A stretch of 64,000 bases of DNA, from the NCBI RefSeq assembly GCF_000497125.1, contig NC_090598.1, positions 62,001-126,000 of the forward strand, read 5' to 3'. Positions within the stretch are counted from its first letter, which is position 1; every line of letters begins with the position of its first letter. Both the position numbers and the translations under genes were made by a program. Source of the stretch: Spironucleus salmonicida. Lineage: Eukaryota. Positions 13,456 to 26,125 of this stretch are shown here, piece by piece. The notes under the pieces were generated by a model. The model had not been told where the DNA came from. It ran no database searches and worked only from the letters and a program-made list of their open reading frames with translations.

Positions 13456-15534
13456 TCACTTTGCAAATTCAATATAATTAGCATGACTTTAAGTCACTAA
13501 TCTTTCTATGTATTTAAATATATCAGACTTCTAAATATCACTATTAAATATAATTTTTGCATCAAATATAAGTTTTTTATTAAATTTATTTACTAACATT
13601 AAATAATTAGATTTCACAATTAATTTTTATCCAGTAAATTTATCTTGAAACTAAAATTAGTCGTCATTTAGTAAAAAAAATTACTATTCCGATATATTTT
13701 TCCATTTTTTAATATAAGGTAACGGTAATTAACCAAAACTAGTAAGTTTGTGTAAAAATGATTCTTCTATTTCTTCAAAATTTAAATTCAACACTGTTTA
13801 TTTTTCATATATTTTATTATATTATTTAGATAAGTTTTACACTTATTTAGTAGCATATTCAATATTAAAATTATCTAATTTGGTATGTGCCTACTAGTTT
13901 TCTGAAGGGTAAAACAAATTGAATTCATTGCCTTTAAAAAGCAAATCACAATTCTCTAAATCATTTTAATGTAATGTACTATATTATTATAAATACTTAC
14001 TAAATTATAAGAATATCATCCAATTTTTCTTTGGAACAATTTATTCAGCTTTATCATATTGAAATCTAATTGTGTGGCCGATCTCATCAGTATAATCTCC
14101 GAAAATACAATGAGGGCTAACAACAACTTATGTTCTATCATTAAACACGAATCCTTTATAACCTTATGATAATTAATATGCTATGCCATATTTCTCTGAA
14201 TGATCTTTAAGTTAAATAATATAATATATTTCATGAAAATTATAAAATTATTACTTTAAATTGTTAAAGAAATGACCTAATTTTTCAAAGCCTTCTAGTT
14301 AATCAGAATTGGTGGGGTAAATACGCTTAGAAAAAAACTAACTTGGATAGTATAAGAATTATATATCACCATCAGTTAAGAGAAATGTTAAATCAGTTGT
14401 CTCAAACTATGTAAAGGTTTCCTTTAAATATGTCTATACACTAATCATTTCTGTATCTAACTTTTAAGTCTATGAACATTTAATAGTAATTGAATCTGTA
14501 TAATTAAAGCTTTCTGTGAGTTAATGAAGTTTTTAAGAGAATTTTTCTGTAAATATATCCATAGGTAAATATTTTAATTTTATATTATTACCATTTTAAA
14601 TCCAACAATCATCTAATAAATCTTTTACTGACGGTCGTTAATCAGGCTACTTGATCAAGCACTAAGAAATAAATTTAAACATAAACTCGGAGTATTAGTT
14701 CTTATAGACTTTGGGAAAATTTATATGACCCTTTAGTATATTTTTATAAGTTGAAGTAGCATTCAATTATTCGAAGGGTGCTTTACAAAAAGCTAATTAA
14801 TAAACTAAACACCCTAAACTCCAAATATCAGTTGAATATTAATATCCTTATGTAAATACCTAAGGTAATCCTTTGCATATAGACTAACATTCATGATCAA
14901 TATTGTCTTCACAAGTTTATTATTATGATAATCTGCGAAATACATGAGATGCAATTAGTTCTGGCGATAAAAAATTTGGTGTTCCACATAAGGTAAATCG
15001 GAATTCATCTTTGACATATGCAGACAGGCCAAAATCTCCTAATTTAGTTATAACTTAACTATTAATTTTCTTTAAAAATATATTACTCGGTTTAATATCT
15101 CTGTGCACAATATGATTCAATTATAACTCTTATATAGATAGCAATAATTCATATGTGACTCTTTATATTTCCTCTTCGGTCAATCCATTTCTTCTTTTAT
15201 ATAAGGTTGATAATGAAATATTTTCACAAAGCTCTAAGATTATATAATAGTTATTACTATCTTTACATATTGAAACTACTTCACATATATGTAAATAATG
15301 CAAACTTTTATGTATTTTAATTTCTTGGTGGAATTTTTCAATTACTTTCTTATTAGTAAGCCGTTCTTTAGATGTAATCTTACAAGCAAATGATTAACTT
15401 GTATGTATATCAGTAATTACATAAACTTCCGCAAAGCCTCCTTTACCCAATAATTAACCAACTTTATATTATTTAAGGCGTCTTTCATCCTTTATAATGT
15501 CAGGAACTTTAATACTAATTTGTTTCTAGTTCAT
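13456..15534 (-). CDS. PLK: Polo-like kinase (692 aa)
   Basis: LGKGGFAEVY, ACK, HRDIKPSN, DFGLS and TLCGTPNFLSPE, contiguous in frame with the polo box DHSEKYGIAYQLSQGYKGFVFNDRT. Confidence 0.92.
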
Positions 15535-15598
15535 TTTAAAATGTAAAACTGTATAACTAAATATATTATATTTTAAATTATATTTTATTTAACTTTAA

Positions 15599-15943
15599 AT
15601 GAATATAGAGTTGTCTTCGGTTCAATCCTTTCTAACTGAGTTTCAGTAATTTACAGAATCATAAAATTAAAATAGCTAATTAAATTTAATTTTATAAGAA
15701 TTGCATGCAAGTCATTTATTTTTAGTAAATGATACATCTGCCCTTAAAAACATGCTCATTAATAAAAAGTAATAATCATTGTCTTTGTGCAAATAAATAT
15801 CATAGATTGAGTTAACTATATAAAAAGAATCGATATATAATGTAAAATCAGTACTCTAGAACAAAATTAAAAGAATTTAGTAATAACGACTTAGATTAGA
15901 TTAAACTTAACTCAATAATTTAAATAATATACTATGGTAATGA
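15599..15943 (+). CDS. Hypothetical coiled-coil protein (114 aa)
   Basis: Table-6 ORF MNIELSSVQS...NILWQ*. Confidence 0.55.
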
Positions 15944-15962
15944 CTATTATTAATTTAGTTAA

Positions 15963-16088
15963 ATGGAGGAATCAATAATTGATCTTGATAATATTGAAAA
16001 ATAGTCTGAAAACAATATAGTTAAAATCCTAGTTTACTCAAATATTTACATCGAATACAGCTATATTAAACAAGGGTTTTTCGAATGA
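15963..16088 (+). CDS. Small ORF (41 aa)
   Basis: MEESIIDLDNIEKQSENNIVKILVYSNIYIEYSYIKQGFFE*; short, with no recognisable homology. Confidence 0.35.
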
Positions 16089-16726
16089 TATATTATTTGA
16101 TTTTACATATAGATGATATATTATAGAATTCCATTTATATTTTCACTTCCTCTCGTAATGGCTTATTAGAAGTAGAAACTATTTTCTAATTTTTATGCTT
16201 CCATTGCATATCATATCAATGCTATATTACATTAGTGTAATATCGTTTGATAAAATTTTCCTAAATAATTATTACTTTAATACTCTATCACTTAACTATG
16301 ATTTATTATATAAAATTGCTTTATTTCAAATGCTAAATTATATTGCTAATAATTGTATCATATTATCTATGATGCATCCTTCTGTTTTTTCTTTATTAAG
16401 ACAAGTCCATAGTAATTATATTCTTATTTTTAAGCAATACAACAAAAGCGAATCATATACACAAGGTATATAATACTCATAATATTTAAATTCTCATTAG
16501 ATTCATACTCCTTCTATTTATTCCTCTTAAATACTCAAATATATTCTTAGATAGGAATTATTCATTTTGATATTCAAATCTTAATAATAACAGACAAACT
16601 AATTTATTCTTACCTTTTTTTGATAAAAATTATATCATTATAAATTTATTACAAGGTTTAACAATTACATCCTCATAATACAGTTCATTTTTAATTTTAT
16701 AACCGCCATGTAAATAAATAATCCAA

Positions 16727-18343
16727 TCACTAGAAAAGCTTGTAATACTTTTCAGCTCCTTAAATCTCTAGTTTTGTAAAAATTTGAAACCCCTACCCTG
16801 ATAACTTCTTAAAATCGTACAAACAATAAAACAAAGCAGATTTGACCCCGCAAATCTTAACAAAACTCAGGTCTTAAAACTTAATAAACGAGTAGATTTA
16901 GTCAACCTAATCTATATTTTTAGGGGATAAACAAGATAAAATTAGATTTTTATTGAATGTCTCCTAATAGATTTCTGACTTTATTTTATTTAGAAGCAGT
17001 AATAGACTAGCTGCAATTTTAAGCTTTTATACGAAAACAAGCTCAGATTTTAACTTTACAAGAAGAGCAGAAAACGCCCGACACGCCTAGTTTTCATCAC
17101 AAAAGCTGGAAAATAACGGTATAAGCTTCAAATTGTGGAAATTTCCATGTTCCAAACTTATCAATATATGATTTCTAGAAATGTCAAAAAATGGTAAAAA
17201 ATCAGTAAAATTTGATAAAATAAGCTAAGTTTGTAGCATTTAATTGATTTCTGGGATAAAAATTGGGTTAGCTTTCTAAATTGCAAGTTTGATTGCTTTG
17301 ATATTTTGTTAGTCCAAATTTATAGATAAAAGATACTAAATAAAGTTTTCAAATTCCAATTGAGGAACTATGTAGAGTGATGTTAGGAATAAGAAATCAA
17401 TGATCAATGCAGTTATTTAATTTGAAGCTGTTATTCTCTTAGTTTGATATATAAGCAATTTGAAGAATGAATCTGGTTTAAATATAGTAAAATTAGTAGC
17501 ATAAATTTTGAGTGAAATAAGTAATTAACAAAATAATGAGCTATTTGTTTCTGTTTTAATGTTATTGAACAAAAATTACTCGAACTTTTCTTAGAATACT
17601 GATTATTAAAACTCAGAATTTGGCGTTATTTATTTTTCATATAGACTAAATAATTGTTTATTAAAAGTAATATGACTTGATTTTATCTCATATTCTTGAA
17701 CTTACCCTAAATAAATTGGCAGGTTCATAAAGTAATTCGCAGTTTATAAAAACTCTTCTATATATTGAAGGATTTTGAGTTTTTAATGAATATTTGCTTT
17801 TTTATATATACTATAGATTACAGAACCGTCAGATATACTTAATGATGCTGGTATCAAATCTTTTAAAGCATCAAATTTCTCTATAAATTATAGCTTAATT
17901 TCTTAATTTATAAAATCCTAAGTTTAATTTCCAACAAAGCTTAAGACACGTAAAGCAGTACAAAAATGTGTCTATGTTTTTAATTACGACGCTGCTAGAA
18001 TCGGTAATAGATACTATTTTATTTCTTCAAAATTTCCTAATTCTCTAAGATTCACCTATGGCTTAATATTTACTGGTGGTAGATGTTATGTTTACACACA
18101 GCATACGTCTTCCTACGTTTTTATTGGGTGTTATAATGCAGATTTTTTAACGTTGGACTATAAAAAATCATCATTATAATCTTCTTCCCAATTTATTAAC
18201 TATTTATCCACGGTATTACTAATATGTTATTCTGTTAATGAGTTAATAGCATCTTCTAATATTTATAGTGATTATTAATCATTCTAAACTTTTGATACTA
18301 AGAATGTATCTGAAATTTCTGAATTAGATATTTAATTGTCCAT
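16727..18343 (-). CDS. Hypothetical protein (538 aa)
   Basis: Fully traced table-6 ORF MDNQISNSEI...YYKLFQ*, ending in AGTGA. Confidence 0.75.
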
Positions 18344-18381
18344 AATTCAAAACAATATATATTAATAGCAATAAAATACTA

Positions 18382-19398
18382 ATGTTTACAATAATAAAAA
18401 TGAATTTGGATATTCCTAACTTACGGGATATCCTAATCACTAAAGCAATAGGAATAACTATGGTACTTATTTAAGTTTTACTATATGCTAATGTCAATGT
18501 TGATTTAGTTATTATGCTTTTACTAACTTCAAGCTTGGTATTCGTTTTTACTTTAGATTATTTTATTAGTTCACTTTTTAGTAATAATGTATAAGAAATA
18601 AATATAAAAATGAATTTTAGATCCTTCTAACATCTTGTTCTTTATGAGAAATAAGGATAAATAAATAACCTGCGTAATATTCAAAAATAGTATTTGCCAA
18701 ATATATCTTTAAAAACTCCATTTCCTCATCCAATAAACAAAGAAGTCTCCATATTAATTTTAGATTTAGTAGGCTTCACATAATTTGCCTCAGATTCTAC
18801 GTTATCTACAACATCTACAATAATTTCTTAGTTTTATGATCAAATATCTAGGTTTTCTTTGGTATTTAATGGAAACATAATTTCTTATTTAGGAGATGGA
18901 GCTTTAATCTTGTTTGAAACATGCATATAAGCAAAAAACTTTGTGTTCTAGCTATCTTTGTAACTGCATAATGATATGAAACTATCTGCAGGTTTACATA
19001 GAGGAAATGTGATGATAGGAGCATTTAGCTAATCATTTAACGTAATTGGCGATGCAGTTAATCTAACTAGTAGAGTCGAACAATCCACTAGATTACTCAA
19101 ATGCAATTTTTTATGCACCAAAGAGTCAGCCATATCAATGTCTTAATTTACTAGAATAGCTGGAGAAGTACACCTTAAAGGTAAAGGGGCAATTTAATTA
19201 TTTCATGTATGTGATGAAAATATAATTAAACTGACAAACTAAATCTTAAAATATGAAGAACTATAATTATATGAAGATGCTTACAACTTTTGCATTGAGG
19301 CATTAAAAATATATCATGATGACCAGATATTTATACAAAAATCTAAATTATTATTAAAGCGTATATAAATATTTTAATTTGATCTAAAATTAACTTGA
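18382..19398 (+). CDS. Membrane-anchored class III nucleotidyl (adenylate/guanylate) cyclase
   Basis: Two N-terminal hydrophobic segments; SILILDLVGFT, SYLGDG, AGLHRG, VIGDAVNLTSRVE and LKGK. Alternative start at 18400. Confidence 0.88.
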
Positions 19399-19400
19399 TA

Positions 19401-20327
19401 TCACTCTAAAACATCAAACATAGGCTCACCGCTCCATTTAGCGTTGACCGCATGCAATGCTGCTCCAATAGCTGCTGTTTACGGTTTAGTTACCCAAAAC
19501 TTACAATCTTTAAATTATTCAAAAAGTATTTTTTTAGCTGCTGGCTAACTATCTAATGATCTCCAAAATGAACCTACACATATAATATCAGTAAAGTTTT
19601 GTTCTAACTTTAATGCTTTGATCATGCTAGCTAAATATTCAAACTCTTCGATATAAATTTTTTCAACTAGAGAAGAATGATTCTCCTTCATAATTATGTT
19701 AAAGCTGGCTACTTTACCTTTAAATCCCTCACCATAAAATAATTCCAAAATTCCTGAATCTTGATAATCTTACCCCGGGAAATTGAAAAACTTAGTAAAT
19801 TCTTCCCATAAATCACCATATGACCCATATTCCGATTTAAACCCATCCTTTTATAAGCAAACATTCTCAATAGCGCGTCTAACAGCAGAAAATCCACAAC
19901 CTCTTTCTTTTAAGAAATGACCAAGACCTCCAATTTGACGGTGGAAAAATCCAGCAGAGCCAGTTCCAGATATAACAACCGCGGCTTTTTTGTTAAATTA
20001 TCTTTCAAACATCTAAATTGGCCCACTTGTGTCATGAGATTACACAAATTAAGAATAATTTGCAAAATGCTTTTCAACATGTTCATTAACCGTATTGAAC
20101 CCTGCAGCAGTGATACCTAAAGCTTTAATATTAATTATTTTATGCTCTCTTTCTGACTCTTCTACCATTTTAGTAAAATCATTACATACCTACTAAATAG
20201 ATGTCAAATAATGATTTGAGGGAATGTCATAACTTTTATCATAAACTATTTCAGATTTAGCATAATTAACAATAACAACTCTAGTTTTTGTTCCACCACC
20301 TTCGATACCAATTGCGTAATCAGTCAT
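19401..20327 (-). CDS. NAGK: N-acetylglucosamine kinase (BadF/BadG/BcrA/BcrD family)
   Basis: IGIEGGGTKT, SHDTSG, VVISGTGS, GGLGHFL, VGSFW and AAIGAA motifs. Confidence 0.85.
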
Positions 20328-20515
20328 TTTGAATGTAAAGAAATGAATTATAACTTATTATAATACTATGATTTAAAGAATTTATGTAGTGTGTAGTGTT
20401 AGTTACTAGAGCAAAAATGAAATAAAATATCACCTTAAATAATATCAATTCAGTGAAAAAATACAGTAATATCAAAAGTAAATAATAAATCAGATTTATT
20501 TTTCTCAACTAAAAA

Positions 20516-22228
20516 TCATCTTAATTTTTTCTACTTTAAAATATCGTTTTTCTAAACAAAACTACATATTTAACATATTTACCTTATTTGACCAGTTTTT
20601 AAATCCTTAAATAGACTCTTTTATCCCATATTTTCCATTTCAAAAACATCAAAATCACCCATAAAATTTAAAAAATCATTGTTATTTACCTAAGAAATTA
20701 TCAAGTTAGTTCCTAAATCAATATCTAAGCCAGATAGATTAAATTTTGTGAATTTTGCGAATAACAAATTTACTTCTCTGGATGCCTTATCTAGACTAAT
20801 GATGCCAGGAAACTGTGGAAACACAAACTTTGTGCTTTTAGCATTTTAATTTATAAGCTCCAACGCTGCTTACTAAATCAAACATGTAGCTGCCCTAGAT
20901 GCACTCCAGTCACTTAAATGGAATTATCTATATACAATTTAGTCTATTTATGACAATTAATTCGACATAAAAATTGCAAACTCAAAATCAAAATCTATCA
21001 TAGTTTGGTAATTTTGCACTAAGCTAGGGTAGAAAAGCTATTCCCGGTAATAAAAACTCTAAATATCTGCGTAGAAATCCTGAGACTAATTTCTCGATTT
21101 TTTTGCATTGAAAAATATATCTGTTTTCTCGAGGAGAGAAGTTTATGGTGATAATTAAAGTTTTACATCAGATGGCTATAAAATCTGCTTTCCAGCGGAT
21201 GAAAATTATAATACGTTAAGACACCTTCGAATATCACCAGATGCATTTTCACCACAAATATCAGCTATTGCAGATATATTGCCTTTAATTGCCTCTGCCG
21301 TCATTATTGTAGATAATAATTTACTAATTTACTATTTTTGTGGCCTTTTTAATTAAAATAATTGGGAGTATGTTTTTAATGTTTTAAATTTTTAGTTACC
21401 TGAATCCTGAGAGACTAGATAAAATTTAAGTACAGTGTGTAGTTGACTCTATTTTATAATCTCTGGAATTCCATAAGCTTCTATTGATTCTGCATCATCA
21501 AAAATAAAAACTTGTCTTTATTTAGTTACAGCAGAGTGAGAGTATTTTTAAACTAGAAGCTTTATTGACTTGCCAGTTCTAGATTCATCAGAATTAGAAT
21601 AGACAAAGTTAAATCGTTTGTCTTGAGAAAGAATATTCAAAATAGATGATTTTCCAGTTCCAGGAGGGCCTGTAATTAAAAATAAGTTATTATCTGAATC
21701 TAAAGAGTGCTTTATTTGAGCTATTATAGAATTATTTCCTATAATATCCTCAAAACACTTAGGTTGGTACTTTATTGTCCATAATGTTGGGTCTCGAATT
21801 AAAACCTCATCTGTTAGACACTATTCCTATTTAATAATATTTTCACAGGTTATCTATTTATAATTTTAGATTAAAGATTACTCGTAATCTACTTCCTAAC
21901 ATACCTGTTTAGATAATTAGTATGATAAATTTCTGACTAACTGAAAAAATTAATCCTCTGTTATCATTGAAACATTCTTATCTCGGGCTGTTCTTTTTTT
22001 AACTTCTCCTGGATCCTATCCTAATACTAAATATGATGTTTTCCCTGAGACTGCAGATGTTGCTTTTCCTCCATTAGTCTAAACGTAAGTTATAAACTAT
22101 TTATCTGTGAGTGCCTTTAGCTCACCAGTTCTTACTATAGTAAGTCCTTATAAACAATGTGGAACTCCTCGCGGCCTAAGTAAAGAATTATCAGCTATAG
22201 TTGCATTTGTTTATTTATTTCTCCACAT
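20516..22228 (-). CDS. RFC1: Replication factor C large subunit
   Basis: BRCT domain (CLQGLTIVRTGEL...GGKATSAVSGKTSYLVLG), LWTIKYQP, Walker A GPPGTGKS and GDIRRCLNVL. Confidence 0.9.
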
Positions 22229-22287
22229 TAAATAGTATAAGTTTATTATATATATATACAATATACAATATATAATTTTTGCACTTA

Positions 22288-22578
22288 ATGTAAAGGAAAT
22301 AAAATTCTCTATAACTTAATGATTCTACTTAAGAGTTAATTAATAAACATAAAAATTCTATAATATAAATATTAAATAAAGAATTTGACCAGGAAGAGTA
22401 TTTAAATAATGAGCTTGATGAGGCTTATAACTTATCAGCACGTAAATTAGTTTTGGCGAAGTCTTATCAGTTTTAAAAAGAATATAACCATGAGAAATTA
22501 AATTTTGACAAAAATGCTAAAGTTATTTTTGACTAAATTTAGTAAATGAAAAAAATATCATAATTAAATATTTAGTGA
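22288..22578 (+). CDS. Hypothetical protein (96 aa)
   Basis: Table-6 ORF ending in AGTGA. Confidence 0.55.
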
Positions 22579-22608
22579 ATAATATAATGATTTTATTTTA
22601 AAATTTAA

Positions 22609-23265
22609 ATGGAGGATAATGAAGATCCAATAGATAAGGCAATAAACTGGGAGTTTTAATTATGGAAAGCTGCTGAATAATCAAGATTTTAAGCAGAATT
22701 AAAGAAAATAGAATCTTAGAGAATGAATCTCTTAAAAAAATAATATCAGGAAGCATTAGATCAACTAGAAGATTAAAAATTTTAACGGTCTTCTTAAATT
22801 GATAAACTTTAGCTTTAGATATAGTAATCTATTTCTTAAACATAAGAAAAAATTTAATAATAATAATCTTTACAGTCATCAGTTAAAAATTAAATCTCCA
22901 ACATAAAAAATAATTTAAAGTAAACACTATTATAAGCAGACCACTAGCTACAAATAATGTTAACCGAAGCAGAAACAATGCTATAGGCAGAATCTGCCAA
23001 ATCTGAGTAGTTTTCTGCTTAAGCCGCTTTCTTTTAGCAAGAGATTTAAAACGTAGAACAAAAACGAAAAACCGAAGTTATAGATTTTTAAAAATTTTTA
23101 AAAGATTAAAATAATGTCAGAATCCTTTAAAATTAAATATTAGAAATAAGTGAAAATCTTGAATCTAAGAGATAAACTGACCTAGAACTTAACTAGCAAA
23201 TTTAGATTTTTGAGATTTAACTCTAGAAAATAATTAATGAAATAAATTAATTAAAAATGATGTGA
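22609..23265 (+). CDS. Coiled-coil protein, possibly resembling the CEP120 C-terminal region
   Basis: WEFQLWKAAEQSRFQAELKKIE followed by a Gln/Glu-rich coiled coil; the family call is weak. Confidence 0.6.
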
Positions 23266-23279
23266 AGTAAATTAATTAA

Positions 23280-23960
23280 TCATTCAGCAAAATCAGCGGT
23301 AGCAGGAGCTACATCACCTTCAACTTATTCTTCTTTAACCATAGCATCCATGGTTTTCTCGTCGAGAGCAATGAAGATATCAGGAAGTTGCCATTCGTCT
23401 TCACGCTTGATAGTACCTTTCATGATGAGAACCTCGCGAGCGAGCATCCAGAACATGAGACCAACTGAGTTTTTAGCCTTGTTGTTACATGGGATAGCGC
23501 AGTCAACAAAAGATAACTTGGAATCAGAGTTGCAAAGGGATATAACGGGTACATTACAATAAGAAGATTCGGCAAGAGCCTAGTGATCAATGGTTGGGTC
23601 AGCAATTATTAAGAGTTCAGGCTCAAAATACTTGGGAGCAAGCCTGTTAGTGAAGGTACCAGGCTGATAACGGCCAGCGTAACCCTAAGAACGGATGAAA
23701 CGGCAGAATTTATGAACAGCACGGTGAGCTTCAGGGCGGCCAGCTACTACAGCAATTCTGGAAGGGTCAGCAACAGCAGTGATCATACGAGCAGCAAGCT
23801 AAATCTTTTACCAGGTTTTATCAAGATTAAAGATATAAGTGCCATCTTTTTCACGAGAATGGATATAATAAGCAAGCTTCTTATCCATATTACGGTGACC
23901 AAGGTGGGTATTGGCAATGATCATTTTGATTACGTCTTCTTTCTGTAAGTTGTTAGACAT
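23280..23960 (-). CDS. RPSA: 40S ribosomal protein SA (uS2)
   Basis: [33 protein letters not shown] and [12 protein letters not shown] motifs. Confidence 0.97.
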
Positions 23961-24036
23961 GTCTCACAGTGGAGTGGAATTATAAATTTAATATCTGAAG
24001 AGATATATTTTATACGATAAATAATTGTTAATATAA

Positions 24037-24744
24037 ATGAACTCACTGGAAGATGATTATATGTTCTAAGAGAACTACATTATAGAGTTCCCAGATAGAA
24101 TCGCAGCAATAGCAAACAAAGATCCAAATTTTGACTTTGATCTAGTATTTGATCATACTGGTTAATCTGGAATTTTTAATTGCTCTTAAATCAAACCATC
24201 AAAAATGTACTTCAGAATGTTCCCATTACCATTGCCCACTGAACTATACACATCATCCGATGCCTCATTTTACTATAAAAATTCAGATGTTTCACATATC
24301 ATTATTATCTATGACCCATAATCTCCACCTCATGTATTTCAAGATTATGAAGAATTCTAGCTAGCTTAAGCAGCCTTAGCTCTTAATAAGCATCCATTTT
24401 AATATAATGTACTTCCACATGGGTTGACACCCCCTACACGCTGGGCTCCATTTTAACTTTATCCTTAAATCCCTTTACGTCCAAGGTTTTTCGAATTCGC
24501 ATAAGGCGAAGATATTTCAATCACAAAAGATGAACAGTAAAAATAGGTGAAAGATAGCACAAAAAAACGTATTTAGGAAATAGAAGGCTAAACTAAAAAG
24601 ACAGAAAAGGCATTAGAAACAGAAAAATAAAAAAATAATAAAGCTGGATAGCAAACCAGCGATAAACAAGATAAACTTATATAGTAGCTTAGTGAGCTAA
24701 GATTTAAGTTAGATCAGCTGAAAAATGATGAAGATACAGAATGA
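24037..24744 (+). CDS. TAF7 (TAFII55 N-terminal domain)-like protein
   Basis: QENYIIEFP, PLPLPTELYTSSDASFYYKNSDVSHII and LPHGLTPP parallel the TAF7 motifs E.Q.ILR, DLP...ES.KT.D...YK..DI and HG.TPP. C-terminal coiled coil. Confidence 0.65.
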
Positions 24745-24754
24745 TTGCAATATT

Positions 24755-26125
24755 TCACTTGCACCCGTTACAGCCACTACCACATTAATCTTTATCATCA
24801 ACACAATTTTCATCGCCGCATCCCTAGTCACCACAGGCTGCATCACCACAACCTCCTCCACAGCACCCACCTGTTTCAACCTGTGGAACAGCAAATATTA
24901 ATTCCTTGGTGATTGTCACACTATATAATTTTGATAAAATTTCTTCAAATAATTCTAATTCGCCATCAAACTCAAGATTTTAACCAGCTATCTCTGTAAT
25001 ACATGCGGCAATTCCCTCAGGAGTTGTTTGATTAATGACGTTCGACATGGTAATATCAATATTATAGGCGATACAAACTTTTTTAACCGATAACATGTCA
25101 AATAAAATGCTTTAACTGATAGCAACACGGGCATCAGATAATTATAATAATAAATCAAAATCTAAATCTGTTAATGAAGACTAAAATACAACTACATTAG
25201 ACATACACTTCTTTTCATTTAAAAGTTTGTTGTTAGAAGTCGTTTTTGGCTCATAGTAATTTCTACAAAACTTGATTAACTTGGATATTCCCTCTACTTA
25301 ATCCTCTCTTCTGCAAGGACGTTATGTTAAAACCACTACATATTGCTTTTACTATTCTTTTGCTTTTTGTTCTAGTGCTATTAATACTTGCTTGACCTCT
25401 TCAATAGGTACACTTTAGGTAACAGGTATAACAACTAACATGGGTTTTTAAGGATGTTGAATACCTTAGATCATATTATTAGCTATCTTAAAGTATTCAA
25501 ATGTAGTTCTGATACCATCAGTTACTTACTCCGGCATTCCAAACTCTTATGAAGTATATAACTTAACCCTTCTAGGCATGTCATGAGTAAAAGATAAAGA
25601 ACCATAAGCAGCAACAAACTTTTCGACTTGGATAGTAAATTAATTTAAAATTTCTTTGTCAGAATATAAAACTGTAATTTTATCTTGATCAAACGCCTAA
25701 ATAAACTCTTCTATTACAACAAATTATTACTTAACTAATTTATTTGAGGCTAAATGCGCTACTATCTTTGCTTTTTTCATAAAACAAAATACCTCAATTG
25801 CAAATAAAGATGACCTATTTAAGTCATCAAATACAATGTGTATAATTTCTGGATTGATTCTGAATAGATTATAAAATACGGAATAAAATTCAAGGAACTT
25901 AAAAAACCATGCAAATAATCCAAGCATGATTTTTTTGGCGTTTGGATACGTCTAAAATTTAATAGACTATGGAATAACATCATCAGGGTGATATTGTGTT
26001 GTTTCAAAGGGTGACATAAATGTAACAGCTGAAGGTATAAGTTGATAAAAATTAGTAACCTATCTTGATACCTTTGAATATTTATAAGGTTTAAAACCTA
26101 AAACTGCAATATTTTAATTGCTCAT
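24755..26125 (-). CDS. Degenerate ALG1-like GT-B glycosyltransferase with a Cys/Gly-rich C-terminal tail (456 aa)
   Basis: Motif order parallels ALG1 (see findings). Tail is GGCCGGGCGDAACGDQGCGDENCVDDKDQCGSGCNGCK*. Confidence 0.55.

Noticed and set aside
16260-16726. Possible gene, including track ORF 16195-16473
   Set aside because: The frames examined are interrupted by TGA or look non-coding; left unassigned.
5844-19398. Cyclase and cNMP-binding protein as a linked signalling system
   Set aside because: They are 11 kb apart with many unrelated genes between, so there is no evidence of linkage.
20384-20404. tgtagtgtgtagtgttagt micro-repeat containing ACTAACA on the minus strand
   Set aside because: No adjacent 3' AG or 5' splice site and no interrupted ORF; not an intron or an array.
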